From Bacteroidales bacterium (GTDB taxonomy: Bacteria; Bacteroidota; Bacteroidia; Bacteroidales; UBA3663), in the NCBI GenBank assembly GCA_045629225.1, contig JAZQQU010000023.1:14257-78256 (forward strand): a stretch of DNA of 64,000 nt. Direction: 5' to 3'. The notes below the pieces were generated by a model. That model saw only the letters and a list, made by a program, of their open reading frames with translations, was not told where the DNA came from and did not search any database. Shown here piece after piece: positions 52,342 to 61,874 of the stretch (the stretch's first letter is position 1; each line of letters begins with the position of its first letter). A program made the translations under genes and the position numbers.

Positions 52342-52437
52342 CCGAATCATCGAGCCATCGAACCATCAAGCCATCGAACCATCGAATTCTCGAAACATCG
52401 ATTTCTCGATTTCTCGAATCCTCGATTCATCGACCAT
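52342..52437 (+). repeat. Intergenic 8-bp-period repeat with phased TCGA
   Basis: TCGA at 52350, 52358, (TCAA 52366), 52374, 52382, 52390, 52398, 52406, 52414, 52422, 52430. Confidence 0.85.
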
Positions 52438-52483
52438 CACCCTTCCCTCCCACCACAAACAATCGCAAATCAAAACAAAATCA

Positions 52484-54766
52484 ATGAAACACCACATCCC
52501 CATGGCAACCTTAGCCACTATGACCCTGGCCACCGCCTGTGCACCAGCCACTAAGGAGAGCGAGGCAGACAATGCCCAAATCATCGGCCAAAGCACCATT
52601 CAGGCCGACCACCTCACACCCGAACTTCTGCAGGAGCTGGGCAAGATCAGCGACCTTCAGGCATCGCCCGATGGCTCACGTGTACTCTATGGTGTTGGCT
52701 ACACCAGCATCGCTCTCAACAAGGGCAATCGTGAACTCTTCGTAATGAATGCTGACGGCTCGGACAATCATGCCATCACCCATACCGCCTCGTCAGAGCA
52801 GAACGCCGTATGGAGTCTCGATGGCCAGAAGATCTTCTTCCTCAGTGCCGAGAGCGGTTCGATGCAGATGTGGCAGATGAATGCCGATGGCACCGGCCGC
52901 AAGCAGATCTCTGACTTCGACCGCGACATCGAGGGCTTCGTCCTGAGTCCCGACCAGCGTCAGGTGCTGGCTATCATGTCATTACCAATCGAGCGCATCG
53001 ACGACTCGCTCTTCGAGGGCCTCGACAAGACCACCGGTCGCCTGTGGGACGAGATGAACTACCGCCATTGGGACAACTTCGTTGACGACTGTCCTCACCC
53101 CTACCTTGCCCAACTCAACGATGACGGTTTGGTCAACAAAGAGAGCCTCAAGGACATTATGGAGGGCGAACCCTACGAGTGCCCGATGCGTCCGTTCGGT
53201 GGCGCGGAGTCTTTCGCATGGAGTCCTGACGGCAAGAAGCTCGTCTATGTGAGCCGCAAGGAGACGGGAACCGAATATGCCTTCTCTACCCGCTCTTCGC
53301 TCTATCTCTATGATGTAGAGAGTGGCCAGACCATCGACCTGCACCCTGGCGACCACGGCTACGACACCAACCCCAAGTTCAACGCCGATGGCTCACTCCT
53401 TGCCTTCCAGAGCATGGCTCGTAATGGCTACGAGAGCGACAAGAACCGCCTCTGTATCATCGACATGGCCCTAAAAGATCAAACCAACGAGGCAACCCCG
53501 GAACCCAATCAACCAATTAACGAAACAGCAAAACAACAGCCCAACGCCATCCTCGACCTGACCGCCAGCTACGACAACAACTGCGACGACTACACCTGGG
53601 CACCCGACCAGCAGTCGATCACCTTCATCAGCTACTCGTATGGTACCGCGCAGGTATTCAACGTCAACCTCCAGGGCGAGGTCAAGCAGCTGAGTGACGG
53701 TTCGGATCATGACTTTGGTGGCTTGTGCTATTGTGGCGACAAGCTGCTCACCCTGCGTCACGACTGGCACTCGCCCAACGAGATCTTTGCGCTCAACGCT
53801 GACCGAAGCGCCACACAGCTCACTCACGAGAACGATGCCCTGCTGGCTCAGCTCGGCGACATGGGCAAGTTCGAGCGTCGCTGGATGAAGTGTACAAATG
53901 GCGATTCGATGCTCGTCTGGGTAGCCTATCCCGTTGGCTTCGACCCACAGAACTACACAACCTCAAAACCTCAAAACCCCACAACCTCAAAACCTCAAAA
54001 CCCCACAACCTCAAAACCTCAAAGCAAAATACCCACCCTCCTCTACTGCCAAGGTGGCCCTGAAAGTGCTGTCAGTCAGTTCTGGAGCACACGCTGGAAC
54101 ATTGCCATCATGCAGGCCAACGGCTATGCCATCGTGCTGCCTAACCGCCATGGTGTCCCTGGATTCGGCCAGAAGTTCAACGAGCAGATCGCAGGTGACT
54201 TTGCTGGTCAATGCATGCGCGACTACTTCACAGCCATCGACAACATCGCCAAGGAACCTTGGTGCGACACCGATCGTCTGGGTGCTGTCGGAGCCTCGTT
54301 TGGCGGCTACTCGGTCTATTGGCTGGCTGGGCATCATCAGCAGCGATTCAAGTGCTTCATCGCCCATTGCGGCATCTTCAACTGCGAGTCGATGTATGGC
54401 GAAACCGAGGAGATGTGGTTTGCCGACTGGGATTACGGTGGAGCCTACTTCGGTCAGGACGGCCTCAAGGAGGGTCTTTGCCACACTCCCAGACGTGGAA
54501 ATGGTGGCGTCAATGCCTGCTATACCGATTCGCCTCACAAGTCCGTCACCAAGTGGGACACTCCAATCCTCGTGATCCACAACGAGCATGACTACCGCAT
54601 CCCTGTCACTCAGGGTATGCAGGCATTCAACCTTGCCCGTATGCGTGGAATCCCAGCCGAGTTCCTCTATTTCCCCGACGAATGCCATTGGGTAACCAAG
54701 CCACAGAACGCCGTGCTCTGGCAACGCGTCTATTTCAACTGGCTCGATAAGTGGCTGAAGAAATGA
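52484..54766 (+). CDS. S9 family prolyl oligopeptidase / dipeptidyl peptidase (DPP5-like)
   Basis: Signal ending ATAC; WD40-like WSPDG blades; GGPE, GASFGG nucleophile, DYRIP, DECHW; ATG 52484. Confidence 0.92.
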   Translation: MKHHIPMATLATMTLATACAPATKESEADNAQIIGQSTIQADHLTPELLQELGKISDLQASPDGSRVLYGVGYTSIALNKGNRELFVMNADGSDNHAITHTASSEQNAVWSLDGQKIFFLSAESGSMQMWQMNADGTGRKQISDFDRDIEGFVLSPDQRQVLAIMSLPIERIDDSLFEGLDKTTGRLWDEMNYRHWDNFVDDCPHPYLAQLNDDGLVNKESLKDIMEGEPYECPMRPFGGAESFAWSPDGKKLVYVSRKETGTEYAFSTRSSLYLYDVESGQTIDLHPGDHGYDTNPKFNADGSLLAFQSMARNGYESDKNRLCIIDMALKDQTNEATPEPNQPINETAKQQPNAILDLTASYDNNCDDYTWAPDQQSITFISYSYGTAQVFNVNLQGEVKQLSDGSDHDFGGLCYCGDKLLTLRHDWHSPNEIFALNADRSATQLTHENDALLAQLGDMGKFERRWMKCTNGDSMLVWVAYPVGFDPQNYTTSKPQNPTTSKPQNPTTSKPQSKIPTLLYCQGGPESAVSQFWSTRWNIAIMQANGYAIVLPNRHGVPGFGQKFNEQIAGDFAGQCMRDYFTAIDNIAKEPWCDTDRLGAVGASFGGYSVYWLAGHHQQRFKCFIAHCGIFNCESMYGETEEMWFADWDYGGAYFGQDGLKEGLCHTPRRGNGGVNACYTDSPHKSVTKWDTPILVIHNEHDYRIPVTQGMQAFNLARMRGIPAEFLYFPDECHWVTKPQNAVLWQRVYFNWLDKWLKK
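53956..54023 (+). repeat. In-frame 24-bp (3x8) tandem repeat encoding (TTSKPQNP)n
   Basis: CACAACCTCAAAACCTCAAAACCC about 2.8 times within the peptidase gene. Confidence 0.9.
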
Positions 54767-55875
54767 TAACCATCGATACCCGCAAACTCCTACATATCCT
54801 CTCCGTGACCCCTGCCAGCCAGAACATCATGCTGGTAGGGCGTCATGGCATCGGCAAGTCTGAGATCCTGACCGAATACTACCAGCAGCAGGGCATGCGT
54901 GTCGTCCCCCTCTTCCTCGGGCAGATGTCCGACCCCGGTGACCTCATCGGCCTCCCCCTCCTGACCTCACTTGAGCAAAGCAACGCAACCACCAGAATTC
55001 ATCAGACCACCTTCGCACCACCCACTTGGTTCCCTGTCGATGGTCAGCCCATCGTCCTCTTCCTTGACGAACTCAACCGTGCCCGTCCTGAGATACTCCA
55101 AACGGTGATGGATCTGGCCCTGAACCGTCGACTAGCTGGTCACACCCTGCCCAAGGGGTCACGCATCATCTCGGCTGTGAACGATGGCGAAGCCTATCAG
55201 CTTACCCAGCTCGACCCCGCCCTGGTCAGCCGCTTCAACGTCTATCAGTTCTGCCCCACGGTCGAAGAATGGCTGCTGTGGGCCTCACGTCACAAGCTCG
55301 ACCAGCGTGTCATCGACTTCATACAGTCCTTGCCTTCTATGCTCGATGGTGAGACGAACAACGACATTGACCAAGGCCTTGAGAAGAGTCCTGACCGACG
55401 TGCATGGGGGCGTGTGAGCGAGGTGATTGACGGCCGTAGCACATTAGGTGACGATGACCTTGACCTCATAGCGGGCATCGTGGGTGCAGCTGCTGCCAGC
55501 CGCTTCTATGCCTTCACACAGGGACGTCAGATGCTGACCGGTGTGCAGGTGCTCAACGACTTTGCTGCCTGCGAACAGACGTTGCGTCAGTACCGGCTGC
55601 ATCAGATTGCCATCGTGAGCGAGGGCATCTTCCGTCAGCTCGAAGTGACCTACACCTTCGGACAGACTGACGAACTGCATTCGGCTCTCTACGAACGCTA
55701 TGCACAGAATTTCAACGCCTACTTCGACTTCCTCGAATCCACCGAACAACGCGAATCCATAGCCTTCATCACCAACCTCTTCGAGAGCGGCAGTTACCAG
55801 AATGCCATCCTCTTCATCTCCAACTGCTGCCCCATGCTCTACACCAAGATGGCTCAGTTTATTGCCGAAATGTAA
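54763..55875 (+). CDS. MoxR/dynein-related AAA+ ATPase
   Basis: GRHGIGKS Walker A, LFLDELNRA Walker B, DPALVSRF; ATGA overlap with peptidase stop. Confidence 0.88.
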   Translation: MITIDTRKLLHILSVTPASQNIMLVGRHGIGKSEILTEYYQQQGMRVVPLFLGQMSDPGDLIGLPLLTSLEQSNATTRIHQTTFAPPTWFPVDGQPIVLFLDELNRARPEILQTVMDLALNRRLAGHTLPKGSRIISAVNDGEAYQLTQLDPALVSRFNVYQFCPTVEEWLLWASRHKLDQRVIDFIQSLPSMLDGETNNDIDQGLEKSPDRRAWGRVSEVIDGRSTLGDDDLDLIAGIVGAAAASRFYAFTQGRQMLTGVQVLNDFAACEQTLRQYRLHQIAIVSEGIFRQLEVTYTFGQTDELHSALYERYAQNFNAYFDFLESTEQRESIAFITNLFESGSYQNAILFISNCCPMLYTKMAQFIAEM

Positions 55876-55878
55876 TCC

Positions 55879-57078
55879 ATGTTCAAAGCCCTTTCAGACC
55901 ATTGGTTCCTGACCGAACCTGCCCTCTTCGCGCTCTATTGCCAGCAGCAGCTGGAGGAGAACGTGAGGATGGATTGTGCCGTACGTTGTGGCCAGGGGCG
56001 TGTGGAATACAACCCTTTGATCCTCGCGCACAAGAACTTCATGGAGGTAGAGCAGCTGGTGCGCATCGAGCTGATACGCCTCTTCCTGAAACATCCCTAC
56101 GAACGTGAGCCCGATGGCTGTTCGCGCGAAGCCATGACCCTGGGCAGCAACATCACCATAGCCGATGGCTACTGCCTCCTGCATAAGGATAAGCTGCCTC
56201 TGCACGACCCTGCCTACTATCATCTGCCTTTGGGTCAATATTACGAATGGTACGTGAAGGCTGTGAGTCAGCAAGGAGAGGATAACCGTAACGATAACGC
56301 TAACGATAACCCAAACCAAAACGATAACGATAACCTAAACCAAAACGATAACCCAAACCCAAACCATAACGATAACCCCAGCAACAACCCGAACACTAAC
56401 GAACAGCAAAACAACGCCTTAGCCTCACAATCGCAGCTGTGGCATGACGACTCCCTGCGCCGCCAGCAGATCAACGAGCTCATTGAGCGCACCTCCGACT
56501 GGGGCACCCTGCCCACCGACATCGTGGAGCACATCAAAGCCTCGACCCACGCCCGCATCGACAACCGCCTGATCTGGCAAGGGTTCCGAAGTGCTGTACT
56601 GAGCGAACATCGCAAGCTGACCCGTATGCGTCCGAATCGTCGCACAGGCTTCCTGCAGATGGGTAGCACACGCCGCTTCAACACCCGTCTGCTCGTAGCC
56701 ATCGATGTGAGTGGCAGCATCAACAAAGCCATGCTCAGCGACTTCTTCTCGGCCGTGAACCGACTGGTTCGCTATGGAATAGCCCAGACCGATGTCTGCC
56801 AGTTCGATGCACAGATTGGCGAGGTCAAGCCCTTGCTCCAAGCCCGCACCCAAGTCGAGATACATGGCCGTGGAGGTACTAACTATCAGCCCGTTATCGA
56901 CTACGCAAGCAGCTGCCATGAAGCCTACGATGGTCTCATCATCCTGACCGATGGACAAGCCCCTGCCCCCGCCACTCAACACCTGCACATCCCTCTGCTC
57001 TGGGTTTGCTCCGATCGCCAAGCCTACGAATCCACGCACGAATGGATGCTGCGAAGTGGCCGTTGCTGTCATTTATAG
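55879..57078 (+). CDS. DUF2201-type protein: degenerate metallopeptidase-like domain + vWA domain
   Basis: DVSGS MIDAS, GRGGT, ILTDG; N-region IELIRLFLKH where HExxH is expected; Asn-rich linker. Confidence 0.85.
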   Translation: MFKALSDHWFLTEPALFALYCQQQLEENVRMDCAVRCGQGRVEYNPLILAHKNFMEVEQLVRIELIRLFLKHPYEREPDGCSREAMTLGSNITIADGYCLLHKDKLPLHDPAYYHLPLGQYYEWYVKAVSQQGEDNRNDNANDNPNQNDNDNLNQNDNPNPNHNDNPSNNPNTNEQQNNALASQSQLWHDDSLRRQQINELIERTSDWGTLPTDIVEHIKASTHARIDNRLIWQGFRSAVLSEHRKLTRMRPNRRTGFLQMGSTRRFNTRLLVAIDVSGSINKAMLSDFFSAVNRLVRYGIAQTDVCQFDAQIGEVKPLLQARTQVEIHGRGGTNYQPVIDYASSCHEAYDGLIILTDGQAPAPATQHLHIPLLWVCSDRQAYESTHEWMLRSGRCCHL

Positions 57079-57258
57079 CTTCGCAATCTTACAAACCTCT
57101 GCCCACGTAAAAAGCTGCCATTTTGTTACGACCTCCGTTCTCTCCCAGATACACCAAGGGCTGCCAGCAGCTTTTTGTTGCCACTCGCAGCCCTCAGTCA
57201 TTTATCTCTTAGGAAGTTGTGATGACGTTGTGTATATGCTTACCAGCCATCGCTGTCG

Positions 57259-58734
57259 TTATTCATATTCAAATTCCATGTGACTATCATTCCATCCGGT
57301 ACCATCTTGTAATGCATTCCGTAGATCCGAACCAGAAACGCCATATACGTGGCACTTCCCTTCTGCTGCCTCTGTTCCACAGCCAGTGAACATATCGTTC
57401 TTGAGAACAACTAACTTCATGGAAAAATTCTCACCGAAGGTCAGGGATCTTAGTTTTTTACATCCTTCGAACATGTGGTTCGTTCTTGTTACTTTTTGGG
57501 TATTGAAGCTAGAAAGGTCAAGCTCTTCAAGATTTTCACAATTTGAGAACATATTGGTCAGCCATACCGTGTAGTTCATTTCCAGGTTGTTAAGACCAGT
57601 AATAGACGTCACTTTTGTATAGTCCGCAAAAAGATTTGTTGCTTCAGTTGGAGCTTTAGCCTTGGCTTCAGAGGTCTGGATTCTCAGCACCTGATCATCA
57701 AGCACTTGCCACAGTGTCTTTTGGTCATTAAGTATCTTGTGAGTTTCATCGGAGGTGTATGAGCTGACATTAACGCCTGTCTCAATCACAATGCTGGTGG
57801 CCGTAGATTTGCCCAACGTCAGAGCGTAACGCCATGAGGCTGCTGGCACACGATCATACATCACCTTATACACCTTGCCCGGAGTGACGTTCTCTTTAGG
57901 TGCGGCTATGGTTATGTCGTTGGTGAAGTCATACAAGCCATACATCGTTCCGTCTGCACTCTTCGGAGGAATCACGAAATATGCTTTACTCCCGGCAGGA
58001 ACAGTGATTTTAAGGGCTTCGCTGGCAATATCACTAAGAGTTGACTTAAATTCGAAAGAACCTTCTTCGATAAGAGTATAGCAGAGTTTCTTAGTCAGGA
58101 ACTGTCCATTCTGAGTCACTTGTCCGACCTCAATAGCTGAATTAGTATTATTGTGGAAGCAAGCCAAGGCGTATGGTGCTGACAGATCTGCACTAATGGA
58201 TGACTCGCCATCAATCGTCACATTACCGAACAGGAAACAGTCTTCAGGGTTTGTGAAGGCGATCGGCACTTTAATAAAAATTCTCAACGTCGGAGGATCT
58301 GTGTGAAAAAAACCTGCATTACGCTCATCAGTACAACAGCCAACATAGGCGTACTTAAGATGCTCGAGCTTATACCTATTTGTATTCAATTTGCCTGTGA
58401 ATTCCTTTGTGTTTTCGTTGTAGGTGAAGAGTGTTTCTGTCCAATAATCAGATTGCAGGAACCAGTAGGTCATCACGTTCACCACATCGCCATCCTTCCA
58501 GCCAGTGATGCGGAAAGCATCCTCTTTGTCCTTTACGCCTTCTGTGGAAATGCGTGTCTCATCACCCAGAGTGGTCGAAGCCTTGAGGGTAACGGTGCGT
58601 GTGTCCTCGGCTGGCTGCTCAGGCACAACGGGGTGTTGGTCAATCACGTGGTCACTATCACTTGAGCAGGCAGTCGTCATCGCCATGCTCAGGGCCAGTA
58701 GCAGGGTGCTGGCTGCGGTATAGAACTTCTTCAT
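57259..58734 (-). CDS. Lipoprotein with fimbrillin-like N-domain and BspA/DUF285 leucine-rich repeats
   Basis: TACS lipobox, ETR, WKDGDVVNV, PGKVYKV; MFxxCxxLxxLDLSSFNT repeats. Confidence 0.8.
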   Translation of the reverse strand: MKKFYTAASTLLLALSMAMTTACSSDSDHVIDQHPVVPEQPAEDTRTVTLKASTTLGDETRISTEGVKDKEDAFRITGWKDGDVVNVMTYWFLQSDYWTETLFTYNENTKEFTGKLNTNRYKLEHLKYAYVGCCTDERNAGFFHTDPPTLRIFIKVPIAFTNPEDCFLFGNVTIDGESSISADLSAPYALACFHNNTNSAIEVGQVTQNGQFLTKKLCYTLIEEGSFEFKSTLSDIASEALKITVPAGSKAYFVIPPKSADGTMYGLYDFTNDITIAAPKENVTPGKVYKVMYDRVPAASWRYALTLGKSTATSIVIETGVNVSSYTSDETHKILNDQKTLWQVLDDQVLRIQTSEAKAKAPTEATNLFADYTKVTSITGLNNLEMNYTVWLTNMFSNCENLEELDLSSFNTQKVTRTNHMFEGCKKLRSLTFGENFSMKLVVLKNDMFTGCGTEAAEGKCHVYGVSGSDLRNALQDGTGWNDSHMEFEYE

Positions 58735-58782
58735 TTTCTGTTGTGTTTGGCAAGTTATAAATCCTCATCTTTTTTCGAATTA

Positions 58783-58947
58783 TTACCAATCCTCTTCGTC
58801 TTCGAAGTTATTGCCACTCACAGTGAATAGAGGTTTTTCACTCGTGCAGATAACATCCGCACCCTTAATTTCTGCCACCTTGATCTGTGGCTTTGCATAC
58901 GCCTTCAGCTGGCAACCAGAAGCACATGCGTTAGTCGTTTTGTTCAT
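58783..58947 (-). CDS. Small unannotated 54-aa peptide (YxKP...ICTS motif, acidic tail ending W)
   Basis: MNKTTNACASGCQLKAYAKPQIKVAEIKGADVICTSEKPLFTVSGNNFEDEEDW*, A-rich upstream region, double stop; below ORF-track cutoff. Confidence 0.7.
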   Translation of the reverse strand: MNKTTNACASGCQLKAYAKPQIKVAEIKGADVICTSEKPLFTVSGNNFEDEEDW

Positions 58948-59055
58948 GAATGATAAAAATTTTTATAGGTTTTGGTTTGTTGCTACTACCTTCATTTCGG
59001 CAATTGTAGCCTCGCTAACAAGGGCAATTTTCTACACCTGCCCGCAGAAAAATGA

Positions 59056-61581
59056 TTATTCGTCTTCAGCAAACTTCATGCGGCTTGAATCCCAGCCGTA
59101 AGAAGATGGGGCCTCCTCAACAGCCTTTCGGAATTGTTCACTTGTGCCATACACCGTTAGCCAATCACCAGCGGCATTTGATCCACAACCATTGCCGAAC
59201 ATAGAGGTCCCTGGCAGAAAGTCTTTGTTTAGAGTTATTTTTTTAAGAACCGAACATCCTGAAAACATAGAGCTCATATCTTTCTCATATCTTGTGTCCC
59301 ATGACGCGAGGTCAAGTTCCACCAAAGCCGAACAACCTGAGAACATGCCACTCATATTCGACACACCACCCACGTCAAGATGCTCAAGACCGCTGATTTC
59401 GGTTAACGAATTGAAATCCTTGAAGTAGTCGGAACAATCAGTTGGGGCAATGATTTTGCTTGCTGGAGTCTGGATTTTTAACTTATTGTCAGTAGTCACA
59501 GCCCAAAGTGTGCCGTTTGCATCTAGTATAGTGCAATCCATGCTAGGTTCATAGGAGCTGACATCAACGCTTGTCTCGAACGAAATGGAAGATACAATCC
59601 ATCCAAATGTCGACAACTGAGATTTCGTCAAAACAGGCGGCACACCTTCAGGAAATTTCATGCGTGATGAATCCCAGCCAGTATCAGAATACTTAATGAC
59701 ACTCTCCCTGAATTCTTCACTTGTACCGTACACCGTTAGCCAACCATCAGCGGCATTTAATCCACAATTATCGCCGAAAAAACCAATACCAGGCCAAAAG
59801 TCTTCGTTGAGTGTCAGTTTTTTAAGAACCAAACATCCCGAAAAGACGGCATCCATCTGAACTACGTCATTTGAAATAACGAAATGGGATAAGTCAAGCT
59901 CCGTCAGAGAAGCACAATCCTTGAACATCGAAGAAAAGTTCCTCACTTTCTCGGTTTTGAATTTGCTAACGAAATCAAAGTTCGTCAACAATTTGCAACC
60001 ATCAAACATTAATGCCATCATCTCCACTTTATCGGTCGTAAACGATGAAGGAAGGGTGAGGCTGGTCAATTTTGCACAACCTGAGAACAACCCGACCATA
60101 TTTGTAACGTTAGCTGTGTTGAACGACGAAAGGTTAAGTTCGTTCAAGTTGGCACATCCTGAGAACATTGCAGCAATATTTTCCGCGTTATCGGTCTTAA
60201 ACGAAGAAGGAAAGGTGAGGCTGGTCAAACTGCCACATCCTGCGAACATGCCGCTCATATCCGTAACTTTAGCAGTATTGAACGAGCTGATGTTGAGCGT
60301 CCGCAAAGCCGAACAATCGTAGAACATGTTGCTCATATCTTCAACATTGCTTGTGTTCCACGACGAAAGATCGAGTACCTCCAAATCCGAACATGCTGAG
60401 AACATGCCACTCATATTCGTCACGCCACTCACGTCAAGATGTTCAAGACCGCTGATTTGGGTTACCGAAAAATCCCTGAAGAGATCAGAACAATCCGTTG
60501 GAGCGATTATTTTGCTTGCAGATGTCTGGATTTTTATGCTATTCGAGCCATCACTCACCTCCCACAACTTACCAGTCTCATTAAGAGGATGGTGTCCCTC
60601 GTCTTCCTGATACGAGCTGACATCAATGCCAGTCTCAAATGTAATGGTGGAAGTTTTCCAGTCGGCCAGCTGCAGTGGGTATTCCCACGCCATTGGGTTT
60701 ATGCTTACCTGCACCTTGTACACCTTGCCCAGGATGATGTTCTCCTTGGGTTCGGCGATGATTTTACTGTGGGAGAAGTCGTAGAGACCATAATATATAA
60801 AATAGTCATCTCCCTCATCAAACTTTGGAGGAATAACGAAATATGCTTTGCTATTGGCTGCAATGGTGTGTGTTTGAGCAGACTCAGCATATAACTCCGT
60901 TGGACGTGAAAAAACAAATACATCATTTTGGGAGGATGACAGGTTTTCATACTCAATATCACCTTCAAAGTATTCTCCGTAATTATCAATTTGACATACT
61001 TCAATATCCCTATCCGTATTATTGTGTACGCAAGCCAAGGCGTATGGAGCAGTCAGGACAGCACTTAATTCCCATCTGTCTTCATCCACATTTACATTGC
61101 CGAACAGGAAGCAGTCCTCAGGGTTTGAAATGGCAATCGGAAGGCTGATTACAACTTGCCCTGGATCTAGGTTATTCTCTCTATTTAACTTGCCACCTAC
61201 ATAGGCGTAGACAAATTTACCACCATTGTCTAAAAAGTCATCCTGCACTTCGCTGGTAAATTCACCTTTGCTTACATTGTAGGTGAATGGGAATTCATAG
61301 TATTGGCCGGACTTAGTGGCTAACACCGTCACCACATCGCCATTATTCCAGCCGGTGATGCGGAAAGCATCTTCCTTCCCATCTACGTCCTCAACGGAAA
61401 CGCGTGTCTCGTCACCCAGCTCGGCCGAAGCCTTGAGCGTTATGGTGCGTGTACCCACAGCTGGCTGCTCAGGCACTATGGGCTGTTCGTCAATCACGGG
61501 ATCACTATCACTTGAGCAGGCGGTCATCATCGTCATGCTCAGGGCCAGCAGGGTGCTGGCTGCGGTATAGAACTGCTTCAT
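59056..61581 (-). CDS. Lipoprotein with fimbrillin-like N-domain and two BspA/DUF285 LRR modules
   Basis: Paralog of 57259..58734; many MFxGCxxLxxL...FxT repeats; duplicated KIIAPTDCS N-cap and WLTVYGTSE..GWDSSRMKF C-cap; TATCTTTGCA promoter at 61713-61722. Confidence 0.85.
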   Translation of the reverse strand: MKQFYTAASTLLALSMTMMTACSSDSDPVIDEQPIVPEQPAVGTRTITLKASAELGDETRVSVEDVDGKEDAFRITGWNNGDVVTVLATKSGQYYEFPFTYNVSKGEFTSEVQDDFLDNGGKFVYAYVGGKLNRENNLDPGQVVISLPIAISNPEDCFLFGNVNVDEDRWELSAVLTAPYALACVHNNTDRDIEVCQIDNYGEYFEGDIEYENLSSSQNDVFVFSRPTELYAESAQTHTIAANSKAYFVIPPKFDEGDDYFIYYGLYDFSHSKIIAEPKENIILGKVYKVQVSINPMAWEYPLQLADWKTSTITFETGIDVSSYQEDEGHHPLNETGKLWEVSDGSNSIKIQTSASKIIAPTDCSDLFRDFSVTQISGLEHLDVSGVTNMSGMFSACSDLEVLDLSSWNTSNVEDMSNMFYDCSALRTLNISSFNTAKVTDMSGMFAGCGSLTSLTFPSSFKTDNAENIAAMFSGCANLNELNLSSFNTANVTNMVGLFSGCAKLTSLTLPSSFTTDKVEMMALMFDGCKLLTNFDFVSKFKTEKVRNFSSMFKDCASLTELDLSHFVISNDVVQMDAVFSGCLVLKKLTLNEDFWPGIGFFGDNCGLNAADGWLTVYGTSEEFRESVIKYSDTGWDSSRMKFPEGVPPVLTKSQLSTFGWIVSSISFETSVDVSSYEPSMDCTILDANGTLWAVTTDNKLKIQTPASKIIAPTDCSDYFKDFNSLTEISGLEHLDVGGVSNMSGMFSGCSALVELDLASWDTRYEKDMSSMFSGCSVLKKITLNKDFLPGTSMFGNGCGSNAAGDWLTVYGTSEQFRKAVEEAPSSYGWDSSRMKFAEDE

Positions 61582-61874
61582 TATTTCTTCTGTTTTTATG
61601 TTTGGCAGGTTATAAATCCTCTTCGTTTTTGAATTATTACCAATTCAAGTTTCTCGCAAGCTCCACTTGACTGGGGAAGTTAGAGGGCGTTAGCTCAACT
61701 CAATTTTCACGCTGCAAAGATACGCGTATTTTTGCACATTTCCAAAATTTTAGTCAACTATTTTTCGGCATACAGCGTTTTTTTGAAAAACGCCGGGGGT
61801 CTTGTCAAAGTTGTCATTGTCATCTTGTCAATATAGTAGAGTGACTTTTCCTGCCGGCAGTAGACTCATTAGCT

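Noticed and set aside
52322-52483. N-terminal extension of the S9 peptidase
   Set aside because: It is translation of the intergenic octamer repeat; the signal peptide begins at ATG 52484
57259-61581. Diversity-generating retroelement acting on the DUF285 paralogs
   Set aside because: No reverse transcriptase; differences between repeats include indels and are not adenine-specific
61802-61830. Pho boxes
   Set aside because: TTGTCA spacing is 9, 6 and 8 bp, not the 11-bp direct-repeat period
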